A DNA stretch of 63,524 bases, filler included, from Deltaproteobacteria bacterium (GCA_016202395.1; 5 parts of 5 records of this genome joined end to end with filler, not necessarily neighbours in it), one strand, 5' to 3'. Shown: positions 1 to 10,499, counted from the whole stretch's first letter. Notes: generated by a model not told the origin, from the sequence alone. Program-made: numbers and translations.

Positions 1-3
1 ACG

Positions 4-148
4 TCGCAAGATTTTTGGGGTACCCCTCTTGGCGAAGGGAGCGTGCCCAAAGGGCCGATTTCTGCTGTTTGAGGCCGAAGGCCGAGTTCAGAAATCGAGC
101 GACCGAGCCTTAGAGGGGTCAAAAATCTTGCGAGTGAAGCGAGAAAAA
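4..148. repeat. Nested palindromic intergenic element, family A copy 1 (cut by window start)
   Basis: IR TCGCAAGATTTTTG..CAAAAATCTTGCGA and inner stem CGATTTCTG..CAGAAATCG; reverse complement aligns with ~46000-46160 and shares 37 identical nt with 16197-16233. Confidence 0.8.
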
Positions 149-196
149 CCATTCCCATGAACTTTTTCCACCTTTTTCAAGTTTGAGGGAATTAAA

Positions 197-1063
197 ATGG
201 CTTCTAAAGGAGTTCTTTACATTGTGGGAACGCCGATTGGGAATCTGGAGGATATGACGCTTCGAGGGATCCGTATTCTCAAAGAGGTCGATGGTATTGC
301 GGCAGAGGACACTCGGCGGACCCAAAATCTTTTGAGCCATTTTTCTATCCAGACTCCTGTTACCAGCTATCATGAACATAACGCAAAAGAGAAAGGGGGA
401 GAGCTTTTAAAAAAACTTCGTGAAGGGATGTCGATTGCATTGGTCACCGATGCGGGGATGCCAACCCTTTCCGATCCAGGTTTTGAGCTGGTCCAGGAGG
501 CTCTGATAGATTCTATTCCGGTGACGGTCATCCCGGGGGGGAGCGCGCTTACAGCGGCTCTAGCGGTTTCAGGGATGCCGATGGAACGATTTGTCTTCGA
601 AGGCTTTCTCCCTTCCCGTTCCTCGGAGCGTCGTCGAAGACTCCATGAATTGAAAGATGAAAAAAGGGCCCTCATTTTTTTTGAAGCCCCTCACCGGATT
701 CAAGCCTTTTTATCGGATTGCCTTGAAATCTTAGGGGATCGGTCGATGGTTCTTTGCCGGGAACTCACGAAACAGTTTGAAGAGGTATTGCGTGGAAGGA
801 CTCGTGAGGTTGCCGAAAATCTCGCAAAATCTCCTCGAAAAGGAGAGATAACCGTCTTGATGGAGGGGGCTATTGAAGAGGGAAAGGAGCCCACCCTTTT
901 GGAAGTTCATCAAGCGCTTGAAAAAGAAAGGGCCCGCGGGTCCTCTCTAAAAGAGGCCGTCCGCAACGTTTCCCATCAACTGAGAATGAGTCGCAGAAAA
1001 ATTTACCAACAAGCTTTGGATCTTGGGGTTTTCACGTCCATTTCAAACGGCGAGCGAGGATAG
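197..1063 (+). CDS. rsmI: 16S rRNA C1402 2'-O-methyltransferase
   Basis: LYIVGTPIGNLEDMT, AAEDTRRT, DAGMPTLSDPG, RELTK motifs. Confidence 0.95.
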   Translation: MASKGVLYIVGTPIGNLEDMTLRGIRILKEVDGIAAEDTRRTQNLLSHFSIQTPVTSYHEHNAKEKGGELLKKLREGMSIALVTDAGMPTLSDPGFELVQEALIDSIPVTVIPGGSALTAALAVSGMPMERFVFEGFLPSRSSERRRRLHELKDEKRALIFFEAPHRIQAFLSDCLEILGDRSMVLCRELTKQFEEVLRGRTREVAENLAKSPRKGEITVLMEGAIEEGKEPTLLEVHQALEKERARGSSLKEAVRNVSHQLRMSRRKIYQQALDLGVFTSISNGERG

Positions 1064-2114
1064 CCCCCAAAATGCAAAATAAGAGGTGAGTGCTCCATGC
1101 AGAGACAATGGGGGGGAGTATTCCGGATCGTCCCAACGATAGAGAAAACCCCAGACTGAGCCAGTAAAGAAATCCCAAAACAAAACTCAGGCCGATTCCT
1201 GTAAAAATTCCTCCTCGATGGACAAGGAGGAGAACAATGAAGGGAGCCACGAGAGCCAACGCCAGACCGCTCCAGGGGGTCGAAAGACGAGCATGCCAAT
1301 CGACCCGATAAGAAATAGCGTCGAATCCCTCGCTTTCGAGGCGACGGATAAATCTCGAAAGCTCCCGGTGGGTCATCGTTTCTGCTTTTTGAATCACGGT
1401 TTCAAAATCGGCAGGGGTTTGAGGGATCAACCCGGTGGCTTGATTCAGCCGTTGCATGTCAATAATCTTGCCGTTTTCGAAGAAGCGAATCCAGACCTCT
1501 TCGAGCGCCCAGCCCTCTGGGGTGTAATGGGCTGAAGCGGCATCGGTCCGCTTCATCACCTGAAAATCATCGTTCAAAGTCAAGATGGTGATTCCACGCA
1601 GAGAATTTTCTTCGTGAAGGAGAAGTTTAATGTAATAAAAGTTGTTGCCATCGCGATACCAAACACTCTCCGATCGGTAAAGTCCCAGCGGTTTTCTTTG
1701 TTGGATCTGAACCTTCATCGTCCACTCGGATCGGTATTGCGTAAATGGGACGGCCAGTTCTTGGATGAAGAGGGTTCCTAAACTTACGATGAAAGCAAAA
1801 GTGTAAAGAGGAAGGAAAATTCGCAGGGGGTGGACACCGCTCGATTGGAAAATCAGCCACTCTCGATGTCGAAGGAGGTATCCCATCGTTAAGACGATTG
1901 TGATCAAGACGGCTGCAGGGGCGATTTGGGTCATGACAAAGGGCAGTTTGTAGATAAAGTAAAGTAGAAAAAGAGAAAGAGGAGGATGGTGTTGAAGAAG
2001 ACTGTCGACACGCTCGAAGAGATCAATCACCTCAAAGAGCCCAATCCCTGCCAAAAAGGTGATGGCAAAGTTCGAGAAGGAGAGGCGCAGAAGGTAACGA
2101 AACAGAGAATTCAT
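1032..2114 (-). CDS. lptG: LPS export ABC transporter permease LptG
   Basis: YjgP/YjgQ topology (3 TM, periplasmic domain, 3 TM), C-terminal LPPIVSAW; overlaps lptF stop (ATGA). Confidence 0.85.
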   Translation of the reverse strand: MNSLFRYLLRLSFSNFAITFLAGIGLFEVIDLFERVDSLLQHHPPLSLFLLYFIYKLPFVMTQIAPAAVLITIVLTMGYLLRHREWLIFQSSGVHPLRIFLPLYTFAFIVSLGTLFIQELAVPFTQYRSEWTMKVQIQQRKPLGLYRSESVWYRDGNNFYYIKLLLHEENSLRGITILTLNDDFQVMKRTDAASAHYTPEGWALEEVWIRFFENGKIIDMQRLNQATGLIPQTPADFETVIQKAETMTHRELSRFIRRLESEGFDAISYRVDWHARLSTPWSGLALALVAPFIVLLLVHRGGIFTGIGLSFVLGFLYWLSLGFSLSLGRSGILPPIVSAWSTHLLFCILGAILARRLKWT

Positions 2115-3232
2115 CTTTTCCCTCTCACAGAGAAACTCTCTTTTTGAGCTCGATAATAAGAGAGAACGCCAAAGAGCCCCAGAAAGGCATTAGGAAACCA
2201 GATGGCAAGAGCGGGAGAGACCCCTTGTTTAGCAACCCATGTCTCTCCCCCTGTCAACAAGAGATAGTAGGAAATAAAGATAGCCAGGCTCAGAGAAAAT
2301 CCTCGGGTTTTTGCCGACCGAGGAGGAATGTGAGATCCCAGGGCCACTCCGATGATTGCAAAAACGAAACAAGCAAAGGGGAGAGCGAGACGTCGGTGCC
2401 ATTCCGTTTGCAAACGTCTCTTTTGAAGTGGATCTACAGCCGCTTGGATTCCACGAAAAAGCTCTAACGCATTCCACTCTTCAATCTTCTTCACCCCTTT
2501 TTCTTTCCCCTCTTTTTCAAGGGGAGAGATCTCTAGATGGTACTTCGAGAAATGGACAATATGAGACTTTTCTTGTTTCGCGTGCTGAACGAGCATCATC
2601 CCATCTTCGAGCTCGATTCCCATATTAGGAATCTCTTGAGCCTTTCGGAAACGGCCCTTTTTCGCCAGCGTAAAGAAAGGTTTTTCGGAATGGCGTTCAT
2701 CGGAGATTAAAATCCCCTGAAGCTCTCCGTCGGGATCCATTTGATCCGCGTAAAGAACCAAACCTTTGGAGATCTCTGTGAAAACATGGGGGCGAATCCC
2801 TTTTTCCAAGTGAGTGATGGCGGTTTCTCGAAGGAGCTGGCGGAAAGCGGTTTGGGCCTGTGGGGCCACAAAATTTGAGACGAGTAATGTGATTCCAAAA
2901 ACCATGCCGGTAAATTCCCAGAAAGGGGCTGAGAGGGTCGTTAAATTGTAGCCTGAGGATTTTAGCGCGATGGTTTCGTTATCGACCGCGAAACGTCCCC
3001 AAACAAACAAAATCGAAAGGAGAAGCGACATCGGGAACACAAAAATAAGGTAAGAAGGCAGAAGATAAAGAAAAGCAAATAGGGCTTTGGATAGCGGGAT
3101 TCCACGTTCCACCACCCATTCGAGCAGATCCACCATCTTTGCGCTTAATAGTATAAAGGAAAAGCCAAATAGGCCGAGTAAAAAAGGGGGAGTCAGCTCT
3201 TTCCATACCAGTTTTCGCAGCGTTCGATACAT
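2111..3232 (-). CDS. lptF: LPS export ABC transporter permease LptF
   Basis: DNETIALKSSG, EWHRRLALPFAC, AIWFPN; paired with lptG. Confidence 0.85.
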   Translation of the reverse strand: MYRTLRKLVWKELTPPFLLGLFGFSFILLSAKMVDLLEWVVERGIPLSKALFAFLYLLPSYLIFVFPMSLLLSILFVWGRFAVDNETIALKSSGYNLTTLSAPFWEFTGMVFGITLLVSNFVAPQAQTAFRQLLRETAITHLEKGIRPHVFTEISKGLVLYADQMDPDGELQGILISDERHSEKPFFTLAKKGRFRKAQEIPNMGIELEDGMMLVQHAKQEKSHIVHFSKYHLEISPLEKEGKEKGVKKIEEWNALELFRGIQAAVDPLQKRRLQTEWHRRLALPFACFVFAIIGVALGSHIPPRSAKTRGFSLSLAIFISYYLLLTGGETWVAKQGVSPALAIWFPNAFLGLFGVLSYYRAQKESFSVRGKR

Positions 3233-3289
3233 ATTTTACTTTAACGTTTCACTTGAAATTTTCCAAGTCATCGGATATGAGCTCAGAAC

Positions 3290-4642
3290 ATGATCATCCC
3301 TTACGCTTTGATTCAGAAGAAGAAGAGGGGAGAGGCTCTTGCCTCCGAAGAGATGCGGCAGTTTTTCAAAGGGTACCTCGATGGAACGGTGGCCGATTAC
3401 CAGATGTCGGCTTTCCTGATGGCGGTCTGTTTCCAAGGGTTGAACTCTGAGGAAGTCGATCAACTCACCCAGATTATGATGGAGTCTGGGAAACGATTTG
3501 ATTTTTCGGGGGCGCCCAAAACTCCTAGAGTCGACAAACATAGCACGGGGGGCGTTGGAGACAAACTCACACTGATTATTGTTCCCATGGTCATGGCAGG
3601 GGGAATCCAAGTTCCGATGATTTGTGGTCGTGGTTTGGGGCACACCGGCGGGACCATCGACAAGTTGGAATCGATCCCAGGATTTCGGACTGACAAATCG
3701 CTGCGGGAAGCCACCGAACAGGTGAAACGGCTTGGGGCCGTCATCCTGGGGCAAACTCCAGAGCTCGATCCCCTCGATAGCCGTCTCTATCATCTTCGGG
3801 ATGTCACAGCGACCGTCGATTGTCTCCCTCTGATTGCCTCCAGCATTATGAGCAAGAAGATCGCCGAGGGAATTCAGGGTCTTGTTTTGGACGTCAAAGT
3901 GGGAACGGGAGCCTTTCAAAAAACTTTAGGAGAGGCTCAAGATCTAGCTCGGGAACTCATCCGTATCGGCGAGCGGTTTGGCGTTCATACCGTGGCGTTG
4001 TTGACCCGGATGGATGAGCCGTTAGGAGAGAGTGTGGGGAATCGGTTAGAGGTGCTGGAGGCCATGGAGGTTCTAAAAGGGAAGTCCGGGGTTGTTCGAG
4101 ACTTAAGTCTCACCCTTGCCGGTTGGATGTTTTATTTGGGAAAGAAGGCTAGCAGTGCGGAGGAAGGTTTTCAGAGGGCTCAAAAAATTCTCGATTCCGG
4201 ACAGGCCTATTCGCAGTGGGAACGCTTGGTTTCTGCCCAGGGTGGGGATCTTTCTCAACTTTTATTGGCTCAATTTCCATCGGCTCAACTTTCATCTGAA
4301 AAGAGGCCCGTTGAGGTTTGGCGGTCTCCCACCGATGGATTCGTGGAGTCCATGAATGGGGAGGAGATCGGGATTGCTTCTATTGAATTGGGAGCCGGTC
4401 GTCGCTCTCTCGAAGATTCGATCGATCCTGATGCCGGTTTGAGAATCCTGCGCCATACTGGAGACAAGGTTTCTAAAGGGGAACCTCTGGTGGAACTTTA
4501 TGCCTGTGATGAAAAATCGGTTCCAAAAGCGCTGGCTCGATTGACATCGGCCTATCGATTCAGTAACGTACCTCCCCAAACCCAACCCCTCATTTTAGGT
4601 GTAATGGACAAAGATGGAATTCATCCAATATCTGGACGATAA
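3290..4642 (+). CDS. pdp: Thymidine/pyrimidine-nucleoside phosphorylase
   Basis: DKHSTGGVGDK, GRGLGHTGGTIDKLESIPG, RDVTATV, SIMSKKIAEG. Confidence 0.92.
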   Translation: MIIPYALIQKKKRGEALASEEMRQFFKGYLDGTVADYQMSAFLMAVCFQGLNSEEVDQLTQIMMESGKRFDFSGAPKTPRVDKHSTGGVGDKLTLIIVPMVMAGGIQVPMICGRGLGHTGGTIDKLESIPGFRTDKSLREATEQVKRLGAVILGQTPELDPLDSRLYHLRDVTATVDCLPLIASSIMSKKIAEGIQGLVLDVKVGTGAFQKTLGEAQDLARELIRIGERFGVHTVALLTRMDEPLGESVGNRLEVLEAMEVLKGKSGVVRDLSLTLAGWMFYLGKKASSAEEGFQRAQKILDSGQAYSQWERLVSAQGGDLSQLLLAQFPSAQLSSEKRPVEVWRSPTDGFVESMNGEEIGIASIELGAGRRSLEDSIDPDAGLRILRHTGDKVSKGEPLVELYACDEKSVPKALARLTSAYRFSNVPPQTQPLILGVMDKDGIHPISGR

Positions 4643-5558
4643 GGTTTTGAGGTTAAAGCATCCTGTGGTGGCCATTGGCAATTTCGATGGGGTTCATGCA
4701 GGCCACCAAGAGATCTTTCGACGGGTTCGTCGGAGAGCCACGGAGGTTGGAGGAGACGCCGTGGTTCTGTCGTTTGATCCCCACCCCTTGTTTGTTTTGG
4801 CCCCAGAGGAGAAGCCCTCTCTCCTTTCCACTTTGGAAGAAAAAAGAGGGGTGGTGGAATCTCTCGGGATCGATTATTTCGTTTTAGTTCACTTCGATCT
4901 GCCTTTTTCTAAACTCTCGCCAGAAGATTTTGTTCAAAAGATCTTAAGAAAGCAGATTCAGGTCGGAGAGGTTTTTGTTGGGTACGATTTCACCTTTGGC
5001 CATCGCGCGGTTGGGAACCCAAAGTTTTTGACCGAATTGGGGGAAAAATACGGCTTTCAAGTGACGACGGTGGAGCCCATTTCTATGGATCAGGTTCCCA
5101 TTAGCAGTTCCATCATTCGCGAGTTTGTAAGGGAGGGGAAGATTCGGGAGGCCACCCGATTTTTGGGTCGCTATCCCACGTTGCCTGGAAAAGTCGTTCA
5201 TGGTATGGATCGGGGACAAAAGGTCGTGGGTTTTGCCACGGCGAATTTAAATCCTGCCAAGGATCTGATCCCTAAAGATGGCGTTTATGTTTGTTGGGTG
5301 AGGGTGGGGAAGGAATGGTTCCCTGGAGCTGTCAATATTGGGATCAACCCTACCTTCAAGAATAATCCTTTCACGATTGAGGCCCATCTTTTGGACTTCA
5401 AGGGCAATCTCTATGGCGAAGAGATTACCTTAGCGTTTATTGAAAGGCTTCGGGATGAGGAAGTCTTTGCAAGCCCAATAGCTCTTTCCGATCAGATTCG
5501 GAAAGACGTAGAAAAGGCGAAGGAGATTTTAGCAAAATCCTCCAAGCCCAAGGCGTAA
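4614..5558 (+). CDS. ribF: Bifunctional riboflavin kinase/FAD synthetase
   Basis: IGNFDGVHAGHQ, VGYDFTFG, ISSSIIR, GFATAN, IEAHLLDF. Confidence 0.95.
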   Translation: MEFIQYLDDKVLRLKHPVVAIGNFDGVHAGHQEIFRRVRRRATEVGGDAVVLSFDPHPLFVLAPEEKPSLLSTLEEKRGVVESLGIDYFVLVHFDLPFSKLSPEDFVQKILRKQIQVGEVFVGYDFTFGHRAVGNPKFLTELGEKYGFQVTTVEPISMDQVPISSSIIREFVREGKIREATRFLGRYPTLPGKVVHGMDRGQKVVGFATANLNPAKDLIPKDGVYVCWVRVGKEWFPGAVNIGINPTFKNNPFTIEAHLLDFKGNLYGEEITLAFIERLRDEEVFASPIALSDQIRKDVEKAKEILAKSSKPKA

Positions 5559-5565
5559 AACGATT

Positions 5566-6429
5566 ATGATTTCTGGCTCAACAAAACCGGTGGGAATATT
5601 CGGATATCCGATGGAGCATACCCTTTCACCCGCGATGCATAATTTTGCCTTCGAACGGTTAGGGATTCCTGCGATTTATCTCCCTTTTGCGGTGGAGCCC
5701 AAGCATTTAGAGGCGGCTTTAGGTAGCTTAATTCCCCTTGGGTTCTTGGGAGTGAACTTGACCCTTCCCCACAAAGAGGCGGCTCTGAAGTGGGTTCAGA
5801 CGATCTCTCCTGAAGTGGAGCAAATTGGCGCAATCAATACGGTGGTTGTTCGGCAAGGGGAGAGAATGGGATATAACACCGATGTGGAGGGATTTTTAGC
5901 CTCTCTTCAGAATGATCTTGGATGGAAGCCCAAAGGGAAAAAAGCTCTTGTTCTTGGAGCTGGAGGAGCGGCTCGCGCCGTCATTTATGCCTTAGCGGAA
6001 AAAAGAGCCCAATCGATTTTTGTGGGAAATCGAACAGAGGTTCGGGCTCGTCACCTCGTTCAAGAATTTCGTCGGCATTTCCCAGCCGTTGCTATGGAGT
6101 GGTTTGCGCTTTCAGAGGAGTCGATTCAGAGTATGGCGAAACAGGTTGATTTGATCGTTCAGACCACCTCGATAGGAATGAACGGAGGGTCTTTAAAGAT
6201 TTCTTGGAGAGAGATCCCTAAAACAACCTCTGTGATCGATCTGGTTTATCGTCCTCTGGATACCCCCTTCGTAAAAGGGGCTCGTTCCGCAGGGCTTCAG
6301 GCCACGGGGGGGCTCGGAATGCTTCTTTATCAAGGAGCCGCTAGCTTTAAACTCTGGACTGGACGTGAGATGCCGATCACAACCGTTCACAAGCGCCTCC
6401 TTCAGGAACTTTCCCGTTCAACCTCATAA
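5566..6429 (+). CDS. aroE: Shikimate dehydrogenase
   Basis: HTLSPAMHN, GVNLTLPHK, GAINT, GYNTD, LGAGGAARA, GLGMLLYQG. Confidence 0.95.
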   Translation: MISGSTKPVGIFGYPMEHTLSPAMHNFAFERLGIPAIYLPFAVEPKHLEAALGSLIPLGFLGVNLTLPHKEAALKWVQTISPEVEQIGAINTVVVRQGERMGYNTDVEGFLASLQNDLGWKPKGKKALVLGAGGAARAVIYALAEKRAQSIFVGNRTEVRARHLVQEFRRHFPAVAMEWFALSEESIQSMAKQVDLIVQTTSIGMNGGSLKISWREIPKTTSVIDLVYRPLDTPFVKGARSAGLQATGGLGMLLYQGAASFKLWTGREMPITTVHKRLLQELSRSTS

Positions 6430-6484
6430 AATCATAATCTCGTAAAATGTTTTGAAATTTTGGGGCACCTCTGGGGTATTTTTC

Positions 6485-6513
6485 TTGACAAAAAATGTCA
6501 TCAGTGCTAAAAT
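6485..6513 (+). promoter_or_regulatory. Sigma70-type promoter of the pil operon with overlapping palindrome
   Basis: TTGACA-17nt-TAAAAT; TGACA-AAAAA-TGTCA inverted repeat at 6486-6500. Confidence 0.6.
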
Positions 6514-6566
6514 TGTTTTATTTTCGATAGGTTATAGAGGGCTTCGAGAAGAAGGAGATTCCCCCT

Positions 6567-8282
6567 TTGGAAAAGAGCCTCGGTGAGCTTCTTGTGGAGG
6601 AAAAAATCCTTTCTCCGGATCAGGTGGAGAAGGTTTATGCCAAGCAGCGAGCCGACGGAGGGCGCTTTACAAGTCGCCTTCTGGAACTCGGCTTGCTTTC
6701 CGAGAGGCAGCTCTCGGAGTTTCTTGCCAAGCAGTACGGAGCTCCCTTTGTTCAGCTCGATGAATGTGAGGTAGATCCTGAAGTCCTTAAATTAATCCCA
6801 CAAAAGATTGTTCAGACGCACCTCCTTTTCCCATTGAGTCGGGCGGGCTCCACGATGGTGGTTGCCGTTTCCGATCCGACCGATCTTGCAGGGGTGGATG
6901 AGATCAAATTTCTTGCCAACTGCAATGTCGAGATCGTTGTCGCATTGGAGGCCGAGATTCGAAAGGCCATTGCGGAGCACTATAACTCTCCTGGAGAGAT
7001 GGCGGGGGAGATGGGCGATGACTTCCCCAATCTAGATGCCCAGGTGGTAGAGCAGGACTACGATATCGTTCACGAGGAAGAAGAGGTGGATGTCACCGAC
7101 CTCGCAAAGGCCACGGAAGAGGCCCCCATCGTCAAGCTCGTTAACTATATTTTGGCCGATGCCATTCGCAAAAGGGCCAGTGACATTCATCTGGAGGCCT
7201 ACGAAAAGAAACTTCGTGTCCGCTATCGCATTGATGGGCTTTTGCAGGAGGGGATCCATCCCCCTTTAAAGATCAAGAATGCGTTGGTTTCCCGAATCAA
7301 AGTGATGTCCATGATGGATATTGCGGAGCGACGGCTCCCTCAAGATGGACGTTTTAAGCTGAGGGTGGGACCCAAGAAAGAGATCGATTTCCGAGTTTCC
7401 GTTCTCCCTTGTATTCATGGGGAGAAGGTTGTCATGCGTCTTCTCGACAAGGCGAGTTTGCAGTTGGATATGAAAAAGCTCGGTTTTGAAGAGGTCGATC
7501 TCGCAAAGTTTAAAGAGGCCATCGATTCCCCCTATGGGATGATTCTGGTGACGGGGCCTACGGGAAGCGGAAAAACCACAACGCTTTATTCCGCTTTGAG
7601 CGAACTCAATCAAATCGATGTGAATATCTCCACGGCGGAAGACCCTGTGGAGTACAATCTTGAAGGGATCAATCAGGTTCAGGTCCACGAAGAGATCGGT
7701 CTCACTTTTGCAGCCTCTCTTCGGTCTTTTCTCCGCCAGGATCCCGATATCATCATGGTGGGGGAGATCCGAGATCTAGAGACGGCAGAGGTTGCTGTTA
7801 AAGCAGCTTTGACAGGGCACCTCCTTCTCTCCACACTTCATACCAATGACGCTTCAAGCACGATCACGCGACTGGTGAACATGGGGGTTGAACCTTTCCT
7901 TGTCACAGCCTCGCTTCGTTGTGTGGTAGCTCAGCGGTTGGTTCGTCAAATTTGTAAGCACTGTCGGGCACGCGCAGAGGTGTCAGAGAGCCTATTGCAT
8001 CTTTTACAAATGGATCCAACAAAAGCCAAGAAATCCACCTTTTATCAGGGGAAAGGATGTGGAGAGTGTGGTCAAACCGGTTATCGAGGTCGAATCGGTT
8101 TGTACGAGGTGTTGTTGGTCACCGATCCGATTAAAAAGCTGATTATAGGGGGAGGGACTGCCGATGAAATTAATCAACAAGCCATCAGTGAGGGGATGAA
8201 AACATTGAGGGTGGCGGGGCTCGAGAAGTTAGAAGAGGGGAGAACGACGGTTGAAGAGGTGCTTCGAGTGACCGCTTCTTAA
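6567..8282 (+). CDS. pilB: Type IV pilus assembly ATPase PilB
   Basis: ASDIH, ERRLPQDG, GPTGSGKTT, LRQDPD, tetra-Cys zinc motif; TTG start with AAGGAG SD. Confidence 0.95.
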   Translation: MEKSLGELLVEEKILSPDQVEKVYAKQRADGGRFTSRLLELGLLSERQLSEFLAKQYGAPFVQLDECEVDPEVLKLIPQKIVQTHLLFPLSRAGSTMVVAVSDPTDLAGVDEIKFLANCNVEIVVALEAEIRKAIAEHYNSPGEMAGEMGDDFPNLDAQVVEQDYDIVHEEEEVDVTDLAKATEEAPIVKLVNYILADAIRKRASDIHLEAYEKKLRVRYRIDGLLQEGIHPPLKIKNALVSRIKVMSMMDIAERRLPQDGRFKLRVGPKKEIDFRVSVLPCIHGEKVVMRLLDKASLQLDMKKLGFEEVDLAKFKEAIDSPYGMILVTGPTGSGKTTTLYSALSELNQIDVNISTAEDPVEYNLEGINQVQVHEEIGLTFAASLRSFLRQDPDIIMVGEIRDLETAEVAVKAALTGHLLLSTLHTNDASSTITRLVNMGVEPFLVTASLRCVVAQRLVRQICKHCRARAEVSESLLHLLQMDPTKAKKSTFYQGKGCGECGQTGYRGRIGLYEVLLVTDPIKKLIIGGGTADEINQQAISEGMKTLRVAGLEKLEEGRTTVEEVLRVTAS

Positions 8283-8301
8283 ATTAAGGAGGATAATCGC
8301 T

Positions 8302-9381
8302 GTGATCGATCTAAAAAGTATGCTGCGCAGAATGGTGGAAGAGGGGGGATCTGATCTCCACATTACTGCGGGTTCTTCCCCCCAAGCAAGGATCGATGGG
8401 AAGCTGATCCCTTGGGATATCCCGACATTAACCCCGGCGGATACTCAGAACCTTTGTTTGAGTATCCTCAACGAGACTCAAAAGAGACGATTTGAAAAGG
8501 AGAAAGAACTCGACTTTTCATTTGGGATTGAAGGGGTCAGTCGATTTCGGGGAAACCTTTCTTTGCAAAGAGGATCAGTGTCAGGAGCTTTCCGCGCGAT
8601 CCCCCATAAGATTCGCACCCTCGCAGAACTGGGACTGCCCGCCATCCTCGTCACTCTCACGAAGAGGCCCCGAGGGTTGGTGTTGTTAACAGGGCCCACC
8701 GGGAGTGGAAAAACAACCACGCTTGCCGCAATGATCGATCAGGTGAACTCGGAACGGAACGAACACATCATCACGGTCGAAGATCCCATTGAATACCAAT
8801 TTACCCACAAACGCTCTCTGGTGAATCAAAGAGAGGTGGGGGACGATACCGAGTCGTTCTATGAGGCTCTCCGACATGTTTTACGGCAAGATCCCGATGT
8901 GGTGTTAATCGGGGAGATGCGGGATCTTGAGACGATTCAAGCCGCACTGACCATCTCTGAGACAGGGCATCTAGTTTTTGCCACACTTCACACCAACTCT
9001 GCGGTGCAAACCATTAACCGGATCATCGATGTCTTTCCTCCGCATCAGCAGATGCAGGTTCGCACGCAACTCTCGTTTGTGTTGGAGGGGGTCATCTGTC
9101 AAACCTTAATTCCCAGAGCGAATGGAAAAGGGAGGGTGGTTGCGGCAGAGGTGATGCTTCCCAATCCAGCGATCCGGAACCTCATTCGAGAACAAAAGAT
9201 CCATCAGATCTACTCTGCCATGCAGGCGGGGCAAGAGACCCACGGTATGATTACGTTTAATCAGTCCCTTTTGGATCTTTATCGTCGTGGAGAGATTGCG
9301 TGGGAAGAGGCTTTAGGACACAGCTCCGAGCCGGAGGAGCTCAAGCAGATGCAAGCAAATCGTTCTCAAACGAAACGGTAG
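8302..9381 (+). CDS. pilT: Type IV pilus retraction ATPase PilT
   Basis: GSDLH, GPTGSGKTTT, ETGHLVFATLHT, AIRNLIRE signature. Confidence 0.95.
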   Translation: MIDLKSMLRRMVEEGGSDLHITAGSSPQARIDGKLIPWDIPTLTPADTQNLCLSILNETQKRRFEKEKELDFSFGIEGVSRFRGNLSLQRGSVSGAFRAIPHKIRTLAELGLPAILVTLTKRPRGLVLLTGPTGSGKTTTLAAMIDQVNSERNEHIITVEDPIEYQFTHKRSLVNQREVGDDTESFYEALRHVLRQDPDVVLIGEMRDLETIQAALTISETGHLVFATLHTNSAVQTINRIIDVFPPHQQMQVRTQLSFVLEGVICQTLIPRANGKGRVVAAEVMLPNPAIRNLIREQKIHQIYSAMQAGQETHGMITFNQSLLDLYRRGEIAWEEALGHSSEPEELKQMQANRSQTKR

Positions 9382-9389
9382 GAATTAGA

Positions 9390-10499
9390 ATGGTCACTAA
9401 AAACAAGGTTGAGACTCTTCCTGTGAAGGAAAAATGGATTTTAAAACTTCTTTCCTTTCGCAGGGGGGTTGATGTTAAAGAACTGGCTGTCGTGACTCGT
9501 CAACTGGCCACGATGATCGATGCGGGGCTCCCTTTGGTTCAGTCGTTGCAGATTTTAGCGGAACAGCAAAGGAATAAGCGATTTGCAAAGGCCCTCTGGG
9601 ATGTGAAAAACAGGGTTGAAGCTGGATCTACCTTGAATGAAGCCTTAGGGCGGCACAAGGAGATTTTTGAGCCTCTTTACACCAATCTGGTTTCTGCGGG
9701 AGAGAGCGCAGGAGTGCTCGATGTCGTTTTGAATCGGTTGGCCACTTATATGGAGAAGGCCCACGCGTTGAAAAAGAAGGTCAAGGGGGCTCTTTCTTAC
9801 CCCTTGGTGATCTTGGGAGTGACTGTGGGGGTAGTCATCGTGATTTTAACCTTTGTGATACCAAAATTTGAAGCGGTTTATGGAGAGTTCAAGCAAGCCT
9901 TGCCTGCTCCCACGGCATTTTTTGTTCGCGCCAGCGAGATCGTCCGAGGCAATCTTCTTTTGGTCCTTTTAGTAATGACAGGATTTATGGTGGGAGGGCG
10001 CTTCGCCTTAAAGGTGCCCAAGATTCGGTATCAATTCGATCGCTACATTTTAAAACTTCCTGTTTTTGGCCCTCTTTTAGTGAAAGTCAGCATTGCTCGT
10101 TTTTCGAGAACACTCGGAACGTTGATGTCCAGTGGAGTCCCTATTCTGGACGCCTTAGGGATCTGTAGCCGATCGGCCTCTAACAGCTTCTTAGAAAAGA
10201 TTATTATGGAGGCTCGGTCCGACATCAGTCAGGGCAAAACCATTGCGGAGCCTTTTCAGAAGCACAAAGTTTTCCCAGCGATGGTGGTGCAGATGATCTC
10301 GGTGGGAGAATCCACAGGAAAGTTGGATCAGATGTTAAACAAGATTGCGGACTTCTTTGAGGAGGAGGTGGACACCACGGTTGCCACTTTAACCTCTCTT
10401 TTAGAGCCGATCATGATCGTCGTTTTAGGGGGCGTTGTGACAGGAACCTTGATCGCCATGTATCTCCCTATCTTTAAGATCGCAGGAGTCTTGATGTGA
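9390..10499 (+). CDS. pilC: Type IV pilus platform protein PilC
   Basis: TRQLATMIDAGLPL, GESAGVLD, GESTGKLD, LEP..AMYLPIF; start set at ATG 9390 after pilT stop. Confidence 0.92.
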   Translation: MVTKNKVETLPVKEKWILKLLSFRRGVDVKELAVVTRQLATMIDAGLPLVQSLQILAEQQRNKRFAKALWDVKNRVEAGSTLNEALGRHKEIFEPLYTNLVSAGESAGVLDVVLNRLATYMEKAHALKKKVKGALSYPLVILGVTVGVVIVILTFVIPKFEAVYGEFKQALPAPTAFFVRASEIVRGNLLLVLLVMTGFMVGGRFALKVPKIRYQFDRYILKLPVFGPLLVKVSIARFSRTLGTLMSSGVPILDALGICSRSASNSFLEKIIMEARSDISQGKTIAEPFQKHKVFPAMVVQMISVGESTGKLDQMLNKIADFFEEEVDTTVATLTSLLEPIMIVVLGGVVTGTLIAMYLPIFKIAGVLM

